A stretch of 64,000 nucleotides of DNA from Raja brachyura (taxonomy: Eukaryota). The translations under genes were made by a program, and so were the position numbers. The stretch covers positions 23,684,001 through 23,748,000 of the forward strand of contig OY740810.1 of the NCBI GenBank assembly GCA_963514005.1, written 5' to 3'. The notes beneath the pieces are model-generated. The model was given only the letters and a program-made list of their open reading frames with translations, was not told the origin of the DNA and ran no database searches. The stretch's first letter is position 1, and every line of letters starts with the position of its first letter. Below, in pieces: positions 1 to 13,566 of the stretch.

Positions 1-537
1 TGCCTGACTAAGACAAACTTCATAGGTAGACAAAAATGCTGGAAAAACTCAGCGGATGAGGCAGCATCTATGGAGCGAAGGAATAGGCGACATTTCGAGT
101 CAAGACCCTTCTTTAAGCTCACCCTAGACTTGCAAGGGTGCAGAAGGCAAAGGGGACAGGAGAAGAATGGTAGCGAGGGTGAGCAACAGCCAAACCAATC
201 CACATTCGTGCCTGTTTGTCTACATGTTCTATGGCTGCAGGAGATGGAATTGTTACTTTGAAACTTAAAGTAACGTTTCAAAGTAACAATAGCATTGAAT
301 TCCAGTGGATACAATGCTATTCCACCTCCGGTATCTTCCTTATAAGAAGTCTATACTTAAAAGTAATCTAAACTCAACATTATTTGGACAGGCAACAAAG
401 CAGGCATGAGATTACTGAACTTTGGAAATATAATGATTATTAGACCAGAGTTTACTCATCTATGGTGGCAAGTGTTTTCCATTAGAAGCACGCTACCACA
501 AGGGATAGGAAATGACCAGACAATGATTAATACTTAC

Positions 538-603
538 ATTCTCCACATTTATATTTGCTTTTGCGCTGGTTTCCATGAATTTAATTCCATAGTCACTGGC
601 TAA
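538..603 (-). CDS. RAB8A: Rab8 exon 6 (LASDYGIKFMETSAKANINVEN); remaining exons lie left of the window
   Basis: 66 nt, CAG acceptor, GTAAGT donor, G5 motif ETSAK; FMETSAKANINVEN is RAB8A-type. Confidence 0.93.
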
Positions 604-2087
604 CTGGAAAAAAAAAGAGAAAACAAAATGACCTACAGAATGGAACAATGAAATGAGAAATAGAGAGAGGGTGGGGTAGAAGAGTCTGTGAAAATGGACA
701 AATGTTTAAAGTGAGAGGGTAGGAGGTTTAGAGGGGATACGATATGGAATTGATTCGCCCACAGAGAGTTGTTGGAATCTGGAAAGCATTGCTCACTCTG
801 GAGACTGGCGACAAATCAAGCTAGATCTGTGTAAAACACTTAAGCCAGAGCTACAGTAGCGGCACTCTGATCAGTACAATATGGAAGCCCATGATAGAAT
901 GAATGAATGAATAGCCTTTATTATCATCAGAGAAAGATTATGGCATTTATAAGGAAGCCGCCAAGGCTGGATAGTAAGTTGTAAGAAGAAATGAATAAAA
1001 TTGTTGTTTTTATTTTTGACTGAAGGTAGACATGGAGTTATAAAAATTCCTGGCAGGAAAGATAATAAATTTCAGCCCAATGTAAAATGGAGCTAGTAAT
1101 CTGTACACAGATAATTTTCAATCTGCAAAAGTCAGGGAATACGAGTAGTCTTTGGCTCCAGATCAGGGCTGCATAGTGGAGCGTACTACGCTCCTGCAGG
1201 GTGGTACACTCGAAAATTCTACAACTCTCTTCTCTCCCCACTCGTTAATGTTGCTAATACTGTTAAACGACATCTGGAACATATCCAATTAGTTATTATC
1301 TCCCAGTTTTATAACTAAAGCAAAGTCCAGCTTTTATGACCCAGTTCCCCAACACAAAATCCTGCTGAACTGTTTGTGCTCAGTATATTATCCGGAGTTT
1401 AACGTCAGGGTGGACGGGAACTAAACCAAATAAACCCTAACCGTTCAGGCGTGGTTCGTTAAAAAAAAAAAACCCTTAGGACTTAATTGTGCTGCCACAA
1501 TGACTAATGAATTATAATTAGTTTTGAAGGAAATGTGGGCAAGTAGAAATAGGGTAGATATGCTGGGTATGTCAACAATGCTGACATCCTGTGAACAAAG
1601 ACACAATGAAGAACTAAAGAGAGAACCAAAACTTTCTTACGATTGCCTGAGAAAGGGGAAGGTGTGTGGGTGAGAGCGAGAACCCACAACAGGCTGCTTG
1701 GTTGCCTCCTGTGCAGAGGTTTGAATGGAACGGTGTGGTTACCCTTCAGTTCCTTGCAAACAGCAAAGTCGGACACTGAGGGAGTTCCACATTTACCATT
1801 AAGAACTGCCAGGAGTCACCATTGACAGTTTGGAAAAGTGCACGTGGGGGAAAAACAAAACAAAAGCCAACTCCTGCAACGTGACCACATCTGCTAATGC
1901 CCTTTATTCTGATGTTGAGTGCAGATGACAAATAGTACTTGTTAAAATAAAATTAATCTGATCGTTATTGCCATTTGATTTGGTAATCAGACACGGAATA
2001 AAACAAATGAATAATTTATTTGTGGTCTAGATTTTCCTCAGTCCATCTCTGGAGGCTACGGAGATATTAGGGGAATGTTAAGATGTG

Positions 2088-2400
2088 GGCAGCCACGTGG
2101 CGCAGCCGTAGTGTTGTTGCCTTACAGCGTCTGCAGCACCGGAGACCTGGGTTCGATCCTGACTACGGGTGCTGTCTGTACGGAGTTTGTACGTTCTCCC
2201 AGTGACCGCAAGGGATTTCTCCGAGATCTTCGGTTTCCTCCCACACTCCAAAGACGTACACATATGTAGGTTAATTGGCTTGGTGTATGTGTAAATTGTT
2301 CCTAGTGTGTGTAGGATAGTGTTAATGTGCGGGGATCGCTGGTCGATGGGGACACGGTGGGCCAAAGGGCCTGTTTCCACGCTGTATCTCTCAACTAAAC
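2088..2400 (+). mobile_element. tRNA-derived SINE (HE1-like)
   Basis: A box gtggcgcagccgta, B box GGTTCGATCC, CR1-like 3' tail gggcctgtttcc..gctgtatctc..aactaaac. Confidence 0.85.
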
Positions 2401-2583
2401 AATTTGTTTAACGGGAGAACATTTTGACTACCCTAGGATAATCACGTAGTCAAATATCTTTCAGCATAGGCAACACATTAAACAAGATATTCTGGCTTAT
2501 TGACAGCAGCACTAAACACATTATAACTGACATTATCGCTTCCCATAGCAAGGCAGCATTGGCTCAAGTTTCAAAATCCGCAC

Positions 2584-2673
2584 CTTCTCTCCACGTTCTT
2601 TGCTGACTTGTCGTTTTTCATTGACATCACACTTGTTCCCAAGGATCATTTTCTCCACATCTGCAGAGGCATG
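2584..2673 (-). CDS. RAB8A: Rab8 exon 5 ([30 protein letters not shown])
   Basis: 90 nt, TAG acceptor, GTGCGG donor, G4 motif NKCD; ADVEK and CDVN are RAB8A-type rather than RAB8B-type (SDVER, CDMN). Confidence 0.93.
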
Positions 2674-4929
2674 CTACGATACAAAACAAAGATGAGAACT
2701 TAAAATGAAACGGTCATGGCTAAATTAACTGTACTCTCTGACTACCAGCACAATTCAACACCCAAAACCTCCAAGTTATCCAATGACTCCATTACCCCCC
2801 AGAGTATCTATTTTATGGCAAAAGTTAATATTTTGTTATTTGTTTATTTTTGCCACATGTAGGGAGATTCAGCAAAAAATCTGAAATTAGTTGCTAGTAA
2901 TGAATCTGAAAAAGGGCCGGGACCCGAAACATCACTGCTCCATGTTCTCCAGGGGGGCTGCCTAACTCGCTGACTGTGTACTTTTCCTGCAGCAATAAAC
3001 CCCTTTGTTTTGCATACTATCCAGACAAATCTCACCATACACAACAGTACAACCAAACCATAAGAGTACAACGGGTAGTGCAAAGAGAGAAAGGAAACAG
3101 AGTGCAGAATAGTGCTACAATGACATCGAAAGCAAAGGAAAAACAAAACCCCCCAAGGGCCTCAATAAGATTGAGAAATCAGGATGACATCTTTAGTGCA
3201 TGAGAGATCCATTCAAGAGTCTGATGAGAGTGGTGAAGGAACTGTTCTGATGGTATATGCTTCCAAGCTTTTATATCTTCTGCCTGCCGGGAGTGTTGAG
3301 AAGAGGAAATGTCTGGGGTGTGAGTGGTCCAAAGTATTTGACTCCAAAGAATTTTTGTTGAATAGATGTTACAATGGCAGTTTCAAATGGTCAAATTATT
3401 TTGTTTTTGAAAAGGGGATCTCGACAAACCACTCGCCTCTAAAAGAAAATCTGATCAAGTCATCCCAACCTTTCCTAATATTTCTAAGCTTTTTCCACTG
3501 GAGTACCATCTAACATAACTCCTAAATATTACTCAAGCTTCCCGGTGGGGTTTCATCTTTCCCACAAGAATGGAGGGATTTACAGATTAACACTGAACGT
3601 ATCAAATACGGTACCCAGTTATCATGCAAAGTGTTTAAGTTAACATAGGCTGCAGATTCCCAATCAGATGAGTTTAACACAAGAGCACCAGGTTAACTGC
3701 CAGTCACCAGGTTTTTGTAGTTGCACGGACAAAGTGTGATCTGCAGGCACGCATCTACGCTGCAACCTGCTTGATCTATCAGTCATTGAGTCCTTCAGCA
3801 AGGAAGTAAGCCTTTCAGCCCAAAACCACGAGCATCCACTTACACCAATCCTACCTGAACACAATTTATTATTCAAACCAAACCGCTCCCAGTTCTACCA
3901 CTCACTTGGGGCAATTTAGAGTGGACAATTAATTTACCCACTGTGCATTTTTTAGATTTTTGTGAGGAAATTGGAGCAAACCGTTACTCACGGGAAGAAC
4001 ATGCAAACTCCACTCAGGCAGCACTGGAAGTCAGGGTTGAACCCAGGTGACTGGAACTGTAAGGGAGCAGCTCTACGCTGTGCTTCCCCTTAATCTGCGG
4101 GTAATTTAGTTTCTACCCATTGAAAATGTGGTTGCAACGGAAATTGTTTACAATTGTTGCTTTGAATACGTTGCCCTGCACCCATCTGCACAGGATGTCT
4201 GAGCATTTGAATAGAGATATCTAGTCAATAGAATAACTGGAACAAAGAAACATTTATGGACATCACATCTGAATTATTTACTGGATAAATTACATTACAT
4301 TTACAGACAGATTTATACAAAGCAATCTGCCAGAATGATATTTACTCCAGATAGGGATTGTTTTGCACATATTTGGACCTTGACTGTTGTATTCTGTCAG
4401 GTGTGTTAACAACAGGAGCTATTTCAAATGCCAAAGAGTAAACTTTGTGGCACCAGCCTTGTGCAACAGCAGAGTTTTTTGCATTAGTTAGCAGCAGAGG
4501 CTTCGCATGTTGGCTTCTATTACCGGAGATTGTAAACTCATTTCAAGCCTCCGATGTTTGGCTATAAGGTCTGCTGGGGCAATCCTTTCACCTCATTGAA
4601 CCATTAAGGAGTGCCAATCCCCAGTACAGCTTTACTTATAATACAGTTTTCTTAATTTTCTAAGTATCCAAGATACTGCCACTTTGGGTAAAAAATGTCA
4701 CTGTCGGCCGAGAACCACCTCGGAACACAACTGAACAGAGGAAAAAGTTAGAAACAACGTGCGTCGAATGGTGTGCGCATGCAACTCACAATTAATCAGA
4801 GATCCAGCCCCACCTTGTCAAAATAACATATTGGCTGAAACTGCCACCTTAGTAAATTGGACAACTTTAAGGCAGCTCCGGCAGCCCAGTCCACATGCCA
4901 ACCACTCTGTGTGCAAAAAATGCTGCTCG

Positions 4930-5745
4930 GATTCCTATTACATCTTTCCCTTCTCACCTTAAATGTATTCCCTTCCGTGTGAGACACCCCTACCCTGAGA
5001 AAAGGATTGTGAGATTCCACATTATCTACGCCTGTCATCATTTTATACCTCTAAGATCAGCCCTCAACTACCTTTGCCTCAAGGAAAAGTCTCAGCCTGT
5101 CCAATCTCACCTTGTAACTTGAGCCCTCCCAGTCCGGGCAACATCTTGTGAATCTTTCCTGCACCCACTTTGGCATAATCCCATAATTTCTACTGTGTGA
5201 CAACCAGAATTGTACACTATACTTCAGGTATGTTCTCACCAAAGGCTTGCACAGCTGTAACTTGACATACCGACTATACCCTGATTGATGATGGCAATTA
5301 TGCTAGAGACCCTTGTCGCCAATTTGCCGACCTGTGATGCCACTTTCTCGACAATAATGTACTTGCTCCCTCAGATGGCTCTGTTCTACACCATTCTCCA
5401 GGATCCTGGCATTTGCTGTACAAGCCCTGCCCTGGTTGAACTTCCCAAAATACTTCACACCTGTCTGAACTAAATCTCATCTGCCATTCCTTTGCCTAGC
5501 TTTCTAGTTGAGAAATCCTGTTATAATCGTGTACAATCTTCTTCGCTATCCACCATGCCACCAATTTTGGTGTCATCTGCAAACTGACTAATCATGGCAC
5601 TTGCATTCTCAACCAAATTGATATACATGACAAACAAAAGGGAACTCAGCACTGATCTTGCACACACCACTGCTCACAGGTCGCCACAGACTGAAAAACA
5701 ACCCTCCACAATCACCTTCCGATTCCTTCCACCAAACCAATGTTG
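4930..5745 (-). mobile_element. Degenerate CR1 RT fragment
   Basis: FADDTKIG-like sequence at ~5560-5585; YSVQFW and ERFTR remnants in ORF 5057..5242. Confidence 0.8.
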
Positions 5746-5966
5746 TACCCAGTTGAAGACATCGGCTATTGTATTACATTGACTGAGGCGGCAACTTTAT
5801 ATTGCATCTGAGAGGAAGTACACTGTGCTCTTAAAGCACCAAACTCCTTGCCCGGATTACACTCTTCAAAAATAACAGGAATTAAAACCATGTCTTCTCG
5901 CAATTGCCAGTATTGACAATGGTGTCATCTGTCCAATTGGAAGCCTAATAGACCGGCAACACATAC

Positions 5967-6044
5967 CTCCTCGATATTCCGGATCCAATTCTTGATGTTG
6001 TCAAAGGACTTCTCGTTGGTGATGTCGTACACTAACATGATACC
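5967..6044 (-). CDS. RAB8A: Rab8 exon 4 (GIMLVYDITNEKSFDNIKNWIRNIEE)
   Basis: 78 nt, CAG acceptor, GTATGT donor; lies within ORF 5925..6107. Confidence 0.95.
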
Positions 6045-7111
6045 CTGTAATAAAAACAATGTGTGAAACTCCTCACTGGATGAAGAATCAGAAACTTTAA
6101 TACACATTATGGTCTCACATTAATAAAAAAACAATGTGACAGACAAGTAACATGTGCTGTGGATACAGGTGGGCGTGCTAAACTTACATTTCCAGAAGCC
6201 ATTTGATAACATGCCACATCAAAGATTGTTGCAGAAAATGACAGCCTGTGCTGTGGCAGGCAGGTGACAGACTGCTGTAGATACGATTGTCTGGCTAAAA
6301 CAGAGTGTAGGCTAAAATAGGCCTTTCTTTAGTTGACCCTCCAGCTTAATCTCACCTTTCCTGGAATGTAGTGACTGGAACGGCACGTAATACTCCAAGC
6401 ACAGCTGAAGCAATGTTTTTTGTACAACTGTAATTTAACAGGCCAACTCATGTACTCAACGGATGATGCCAAATGCCTTCTTTATCACCTTGAACATATG
6501 TGGCTACGTTCTGGAAATGTGTATTTGTACACATTGTATCACACTTCGTAGCAAATGTGTATTCGTCAGTCTTTGGAAATCGCTTCCTCAAAGACCAAAA
6601 ATAATTTCATGGCAGGAGTCGAGGGGTGCTTGATATGGATGAAAGATTACTATGATTCAATGGGATCGTGGGGTTGAAGGCGGTCAGCAGATCAACCATG
6701 GGCTTATGATGTGACAGAGCAGGATGGCCTATGCCTAATCCTAATTTATTTGTTTGTTTTATAAAAATTAGAAAAACTTGGACGACGACATTGAGAACCA
6801 AGAGCGATATAAAGGCTCAGATGCTGAGTAAATTCAAAAGGGAGTTCCATAGAGTTTAGATTATTAAAGCAGTTGAGTGAAATACAGTCAGTGCTGGGAA
6901 ATGGTTTTAAGGGTAGAGATCAGCCGTGACCACCCTGGCGAATGGCAGAACAGAGAAAAGAATAGGATGGCTTACTCCCTCCTGTCTCTACTTTGTATCT
7001 GAAGGCCAAAAACCAGCTCCTGGTATCCACCCATGCGATTGCTTGCACTCCTTCACGCACAGCCCAATGAACATAAAACCTATCATTTCTGCATCGTGAA
7101 GGGAATTCCGG

Positions 7112-7850
7112 GGTAGACACAAAATGCTGGAGTAACTCAGCAGGTCAGGCAGCATCTCTGGAGAGATGGAATGGGTGACTTTTCCGGTTGAGATCCTTCT
7201 ACAGACTGATGTCAGGGGAGGGGGCAGGACAAAGATAGAATGTAGTCAGAGACTGTAAGACTGGTGGGAGAACGGGGAAGGGGAGGGGATGAAAAAAGAA
7301 AGCAAGGGCTATCTGAAGTTAGAGAAGTCAATGTTCATACCACTGGGTTAACCTATCCAAGCGAAATAAGGGGTGCTGTTCCTCCAATTTGTGCTGGGAC
7401 TCACTCTGACAATGGAGGAGGCCCAGGACAGAAATATCAGATTGGGAATGTGGAGTTGAAGTGCTGAGCCACCGGGAGATCAGGTAGGTTAGGACAGATT
7501 GAGGGGAGGCGTTCAGCGAAACGATTGCAGAGTCTGCGCTTGGTCTCGCCGATGTAAAGAAGTTGACACATGGAATGGCGGATACAGTAGATGAGTTTGG
7601 AGGTGGTGCAAGTGAACCTCTGCCTCACCAGGATAGACTGTTTGGGCCCTTAGATGTAGTCAAGGGGGGAGGTAAAGGGACAGGCGTTGCATCTCCTGCG
7701 GTTGCAGGGGAAAGTAGCTGGGGAGGGGGTGGGAAAGGACGAGTTGACCAGGTAGTTCGGAGGGAACGGTCTCTGTGGAAAGCAGAAAGGGGTGGAGACA
7801 GGAAGATGTGGCCAGTACTGGTATCCCGTTGGAGGTGGCGAAAATGTTGG
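7112..7850 (-). mobile_element. Penelope-like element 3' part (GIY-YIG endonuclease remnant plus terminal repeat)
   Basis: ORF 7437..7628 FTCTTSKLIYCIR..LLYIGETKRRL..RFAE..PVAQHFN. Confidence 0.88.
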
Positions 7851-7988
7851 AATCCCGCTCTGCATTCCAGCTGGACAAATGGCAAACAGTAGCTTCCCAT
7901 CGCAAGCAATGCCGACTTTTTACTGCTGCATTTACTCAAGACCGTTAATATACTATGACGCTATGAAGCTGATGTAATATTGACTTAC

Positions 7989-8049
7989 CATGGCACCTCG
8001 GTAGTACGCGGTGGTGATCGTCCGAAACCGTTCTTGCCCAGCCGTGTCC
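7989..8049 (-). CDS. RAB8A: Rab8 exon 3 ([21 protein letters not shown])
   Basis: 61 nt, TAG acceptor, GTAAGT donor, G3 motif DTAGQ. Confidence 0.95.
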
Positions 8050-8103
8050 CTAGGACATTTGAAGAGATTTAATTAGAATCTGACGCTCTTCTTTTCCTGT
8101 CAT

Positions 8104-8830
8104 GCTGCACCACATTTAGATCATAACCCGTTCTCTTGAGTTAACTAGAAAACCATTGCTCTCCGAGTATCAAGCACTTTGTTGAATAAGCCACATTAGT
8201 TTACATTACCACAACACTACCATGCAGGGTGTGTCATGCAACACTGCTGCTTTCCCACACATCAATTAGGCACAGTAGTGCAGCCGGTAGAGCTGCCGCC
8301 TCACAGCGTCAGTGACCCGAGTTCAATCCTGACCACAGGTGCGGCCTTTTTTAAATTCTTCCATTTCGGATCTCCTTTGTGAGATTTCCTCCTGGGAAGC
8401 AGCCAGGCTTGAACTCAAAGCACTGGCTGGGCCTGGATCCCTTCTTGTAGGTTTTTTCAGAGTAGGTGGGGGAGGGGAGCGATGGGTCATAGTTTCTTAG
8501 TAAAGTCGCGCGCCTGATGACGTCACAGACCTTTTAACCGCACCGGAGCCGTTCACAGTCGTTCCCAGCTGTTCTTCTTAGGTAAGGCTGCACCACATTT
8601 AGATCATAACCCGTTCTCTTGAGTTAACTAGAAAACCATTGCTCTCCAAGTATCAAGCACTTTGTTGAATAAGCCACATTAGTTTACATTACCACAACAC
8701 TACCATGCAGGGTGTGTCATGCAACACTGCTGCTTTCCCACACATCAATTAGGCACAGTAGTGCAGCCGGTAGAGCTGCCGCCTCACAGCGTCAGTGACC
8801 CGAGTTCAATCCTGACCACAGGTGCGGCCT
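8104..8830. repeat. 244-bp direct duplication (8104-8347 / 8587-8830) flanking a 239-bp insert
   Basis: Copies identical except one substitution (ctccgag vs ctccaag). Confidence 0.92.
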
Positions 8831-9045
8831 GTGTGGAGGTTGAACGTTCTGCCTGTGCCCGTGTGGGTTTTCTCCAGGTGCTCCAGTTTCCTCCCACATA
8901 CAAAAGACGTGCTGGTTTGTAGGTTAATTGGCCACAGTAAAAGAAATGCCCCAAGTGGGATAACAGAACTAGTGTCAACAGGTGATGGATGGTGACATGG
9001 ACTTGGTGGGCCGAAGAGTCTGCTCCTTTGCTGTATTTCTAAACC
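8751..9045 (+). mobile_element. tRNA-derived SINE (head duplicated at ~8268-8347)
   Basis: A and B boxes, conserved body ttcctcccaca..caaagacgt..gtaggttaattggc. Confidence 0.8.
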
Positions 9046-9956
9046 ATGATTTCTGGGATGGATGCTTTTTTGGTTGCTCCAAGGAACGTAAAGCAACATG
9101 CAAGAAAATCCTTGAGCATAAATTGTGTTAATATTATTTAGAACAAACAAATTAATTGACAAGTAGCACCAAAGTCACATGATGCAAATGACCATTCTTA
9201 ATGAAAGACCCACAAACCCAAGATAGCTTTATTGTTCAGTTGTTAACTGAGCAGAAATGAAGCAGCTTGGATAGTGAAGACTGAGAAGGCCGAGATTCTC
9301 TTCTCTACAAAAGCAAGGCTGAAGATTGTAGTTTAATCTTATGACAGTGGGTTGAAAGCTTAAACCCAAAGTGGGATCAAAGCAATCCCCAAGTGTAAGG
9401 TTGTGCTCTCATATGGTAGGGCAACAAGGCCTTTAGCCCACACAAATCACCAAGCAACCATTTACACTCTCATTTTCTCATCAACTATACCCAGATTTCA
9501 GCACTAACTACAGGTTAGAGGCCGTTTATAGTGGCCAATTAACCTACCTACCACCGCATGTTGTGGGAAGAAACTGGAGCAGAGAAACACATGCAGTCAC
9601 AAAGAGAATTTGTACATTGCACATTGATACAGACAGTGAGGTGATCCAACAAAGAATTCAGCAGAAACTTAACAGCCAAGGCTCAGCTGAAATCTTTGTG
9701 GCAGCCATATCAGTTCGATCAATCGTATAATTTCAGACCTTTGCTCATCAAAGCAGAACTTCAGCCCCAGAGCTAACAGCAGAAAGAGTTATACAGCACG
9801 GAAGCAGGCCCTTCAGCCCAACTCATCCATGCAGATCTTGACATTTACCTAAGCTAGTCCTATCCTGAGCTACGACTCGTATCCACCTAGGCCGTTACTA
9901 TCCATCTATGTATAAATGTATTTTAAACACTAATATTACCCATCTTTACAGCTGCC

Positions 9957-10280
9957 CCTATTTCCACCAAGGCAGGCGTACCAGCAGCAGAGCGCTTACC
10001 ACCAGGTGCTGATGAACACTGGCTGAACTGGAGATGTCTCGACCGACTGCGAACCGGGGTCGGACAGTCAAGGGTGACAATGCACAAATGGGGCGACATC
10101 GAGGGTACAACAACCTGTGACTGTGGCACACGGACCCAGACAATGTAACACCTACTGTAATGCACATTGCTGGATAATCCACGTACTACTGCAGACCTTG
10201 CACTTAAAACACTCCAATAGCGCAACGATGTGTACAGCAGTGGCGAGCCATTATATAGCATAAGGACACGAAAGAAGAAG
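9957..10280 (+). mobile_element. Vingi/Ingi-like LINE 3' fragment nested in a CR1
   Basis: Frame from 9960 reads WRCLDRLRTGVGQSRVTMHKWG..TTCDCG..QTM*HLL*C; ends GACACGAAAGAAGAAG. Confidence 0.7.
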
Positions 10281-11150
10281 CTGCTGCCTCTGGCAGCTCG
10301 TTCCATATACCCACCGCCCTCTCTTTAAAAGTTGTTCTCAGCTCCTTTTTACATAGAACAGTAAAACACAGGAATGGTGCCTTCGACCCACAATGTCTGA
10401 GATGAACATGATGCCAAGTTAAACTGATCTCATCTACCTTCACATGATCCAATGCGTTCCAGGCACCCACCACTTTGGAAATAACTTGCCCTGCACATCT
10501 TCAATAAACATTCTCTCTCCAACCTTATAACTATGTCCTCTAGTGTCACAATTCCACCCTGGGGGGGGGGGGGGAGAAAGAAATTCTGACTGTCTACTCT
10601 ACCCTATCTATGCCTGTCATCATTTAATACACCTATATGTTTTCCCTCTCACCTTAAAATATGCCCTCTAGTTTTTGACTCCCCTAACCATATCTATAAC
10701 ATTTAATATGTTTAATACCACCTCCTATGCTCCAGGGAAGAAAGTTCCCAACCTCTCCTGATAACTCAAGTTGTTCAGTCCCAGCAGCATCCTTGTGAAT
10801 CTTTTCAGCACCCTTTCCAGCTTAATGACATCCCAAGATGGGCAAGGAAAACGACACATAATACTTCATGATTTGTAATATTGTAACATGATGTTCCAAC
10901 TCCTGTACTCAATGCGCTGACTGATGAATGCAAGCTTCACCACCCTGTCTACTTGCATCTCCACTTTCAGGGAACTATGCACCTGTACCACGAGGTCTCT
11001 CTTTTCAAAAACACTCTCCAGGATCCTACCATGTACTGTGCAAGTACTGCCCTGGCTTACCTTACCAACACACAACACCTCGCACTTGCCAGAGTTAAAT
11101 TCTATCTGCCAGTACTTGACCCACTTCATCAGTTCACCTAGATCATGTTA
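10281..11150 (-). mobile_element. Degenerate CR1 fragments
   Basis: ORF 10866..11129 WQIEFNSGKCEVL..RDLVVQVHSSLKV. Confidence 0.8.
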
Positions 11151-13505
11151 CCGCAGAAAATCTTCACTATGCTACATGGTTATGGGGAAAAGACAAAAGA
11201 ATGGGGTTAGGAGGGAGATATAGATCAGCCATGGTTGAATGGCGGGGTAGACTTGATGGGCGAAGGACCTAATTCTGCTCCTATCACATAAACCTATGAT
11301 ACACAAACTTACTAACTGTGCCAACTTATTAAATATAGTTTACAAACAACAGTGGACCCAACACCGATCCCTGCAGCACACCACTAGTAACAAGCCGCCA
11401 AACTGAATATCAACCCTCCACTGCCACCCTCTGGCACTTACCACTCATCTAATTTCATATCTAATTGGCTTCTTACGCTGAATCCTATACAATCTAACCT
11501 TCCGGATTAATGTGCCCTATGGGACCCTGTCGAGGACATTGTCCATTCATATCAATCCTCTTTGACAACTCTTCAAAAACTCTCAAATTTGATACAGGAT
11601 TTCCACGCACAAAGCTATGCCAAAATTCCCTAATTCCTTGCCTCTCCAAACACAAATTGACCTTGTCCCTCAGAATCCCCTCCAGTAACTTTCCCCATTA
11701 CTGATGTTAAGCTCTCCAGCAAGTAGTTCACTGGTTTGTCCTTGCAGACCCTCTTAAACAAAGGGAATGTTTTATTTTCTGTGTCCCCTTGCAGTTTGAT
11801 GCTTTACATTTGGCTAACAATGATGCTGGGCCTCTGTAATTTCTTCCCTGACTTCCCACAGTAACCTAACATACACACAACATAAATGCAAAGACGTACA
11901 GGTATGTCGGTACATTGACTTGGTAAATGTAACAATCGTCCCTAGTGTTTGTAGGATAGTGTTAATGTGCGGGAATCGCTGGTCGGCGCAGACCAGTTGG
12001 GCTGAAGGGCCTGTTTCCGCGCTGTATCTCGAAAGTAAACTTGATTAGGCCCCGGGTATTTATTGACCCCAGCATGCTTCAAGACCGTCAGCACCTCAAC
12101 TTTACTTTGTGGATTTGTCACCACTATTCATTTCCCTTAATCCCAAGGTTCCATGACCTTCTCCACATTAAATAGATGAGAAATATTAATTTAAGACTTA
12201 GCCCACCTCCCGTAGCTCCCCACATGGAGGACCACCTTGATATTTAAGTATATTTATTCTCGTTCTAGCTGCCCCTTTGCCCCTTAGTATATGTAGAAGC
12301 TGTTAACATTCTCCTTTGGCTTATCTGCTAGAGGCAAATGTACTCCATTTGCTCCTTTTCAATCCAATCAACTGGCTCTACAAACAGAACACCATAAACA
12401 CAAAGTCAGTGTGAAGCACGTTTAAATGTGAAGCTGCATTAACAGGCGTGTTACGTTCTCACAGTAACATCAAGGTGGCGAGTCGAGAGATGCAGTTCTG
12501 CAACAAACTATGAAAATTGAGCGTACAATGAATACATTGCTTTCAATAAAATCAGCCTTTGTCTATCTCCATTACGTGTCTCCAACTTCTTGCTGCTCCT
12601 TGGCCAACATGCACCAGCAGTTCAGAGTCCAAAACCAATGATTCAGAGTTACTCCCACCATTATTGTAGCTGGAAAATTTAAACTGAATACTATTGAATT
12701 AAATAAAAACCCCATTCAGTATTGATGAACTTAAAAACCACTGGATTGTTCCAATATCCTATCACTAATGTCGTTTTGGAAATGACAGCAACAGACATTT
12801 GCATCAAAACTGTGCGACACACTTTCTAAGCTCAGTTTACCAGAGTACTTGTCAAGGAGATTTGTGTCTAGACCAGGCAAGGTGTCCTACATTCTGCCCT
12901 GCAGCTTACTGACTCGTGCTCATTTGATTCCAAGTACAACTATGAATTAGCTTCAGAGACTGGACAACAATAATCCTTGAATGCATCCTGTCCCACCACC
13001 TCCCGCCAGAGGAGCTGGCACAATGGCAAAGCAATGAGCAAGGGACCCTTCCAATTGATTGCTGATCCGAGTTAGTTTCATGGCACTTGAAGGATCCTGT
13101 AGTCAAAATTCATAAGCTCCACTTCAATCAGCTGTACATCACTAACTTAAACTGTTAAAATTGTGCTCTCACCCATATTTCAGACAAAACCACTATTCAA
13201 ATGCCATTTCCTTCATCTCAACGTTGGGGTATTTTATACATATAACAGGTGGCACATATAAATGCAAACCTTTTTTTCAAGCGTTTACGTGGGAAGATAG
13301 TTCAATCATCTCAAACTGCAAATACATTGTTTCACTAACATCTAGAGCATCAAAATTTATCCAAAGGCAAAACATTCACTGAATAAAACCACACTGAGTT
13401 TGATCAAACAGCTGATGAACACTACAATGTTTTAAAATTTTCTATGTGCAATGATTGCAAAGCAAAAATGTAGCAGGCCCTGGTGAAAATAGACCACATC
13501 CTCAC

Positions 13506-13566
13506 CATATCTGCAGTTTGATTTTCTTTCCGTCCAACTCAATCGTTCTGATCTTAAAGTCAATAC
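13506..13566 (-). CDS. RAB8A: Rab8 exon 2 ([21 protein letters not shown])
   Basis: 61 nt, CAG acceptor, GTGAG donor, RabF1/F2 motifs in frame with exon 1. Confidence 0.95.

Noticed and set aside
2095-2170. tRNA-like A/B boxes here and in other copies
   Set aside because: These are SINE heads continuing into a shared body and tail, not tRNA genes
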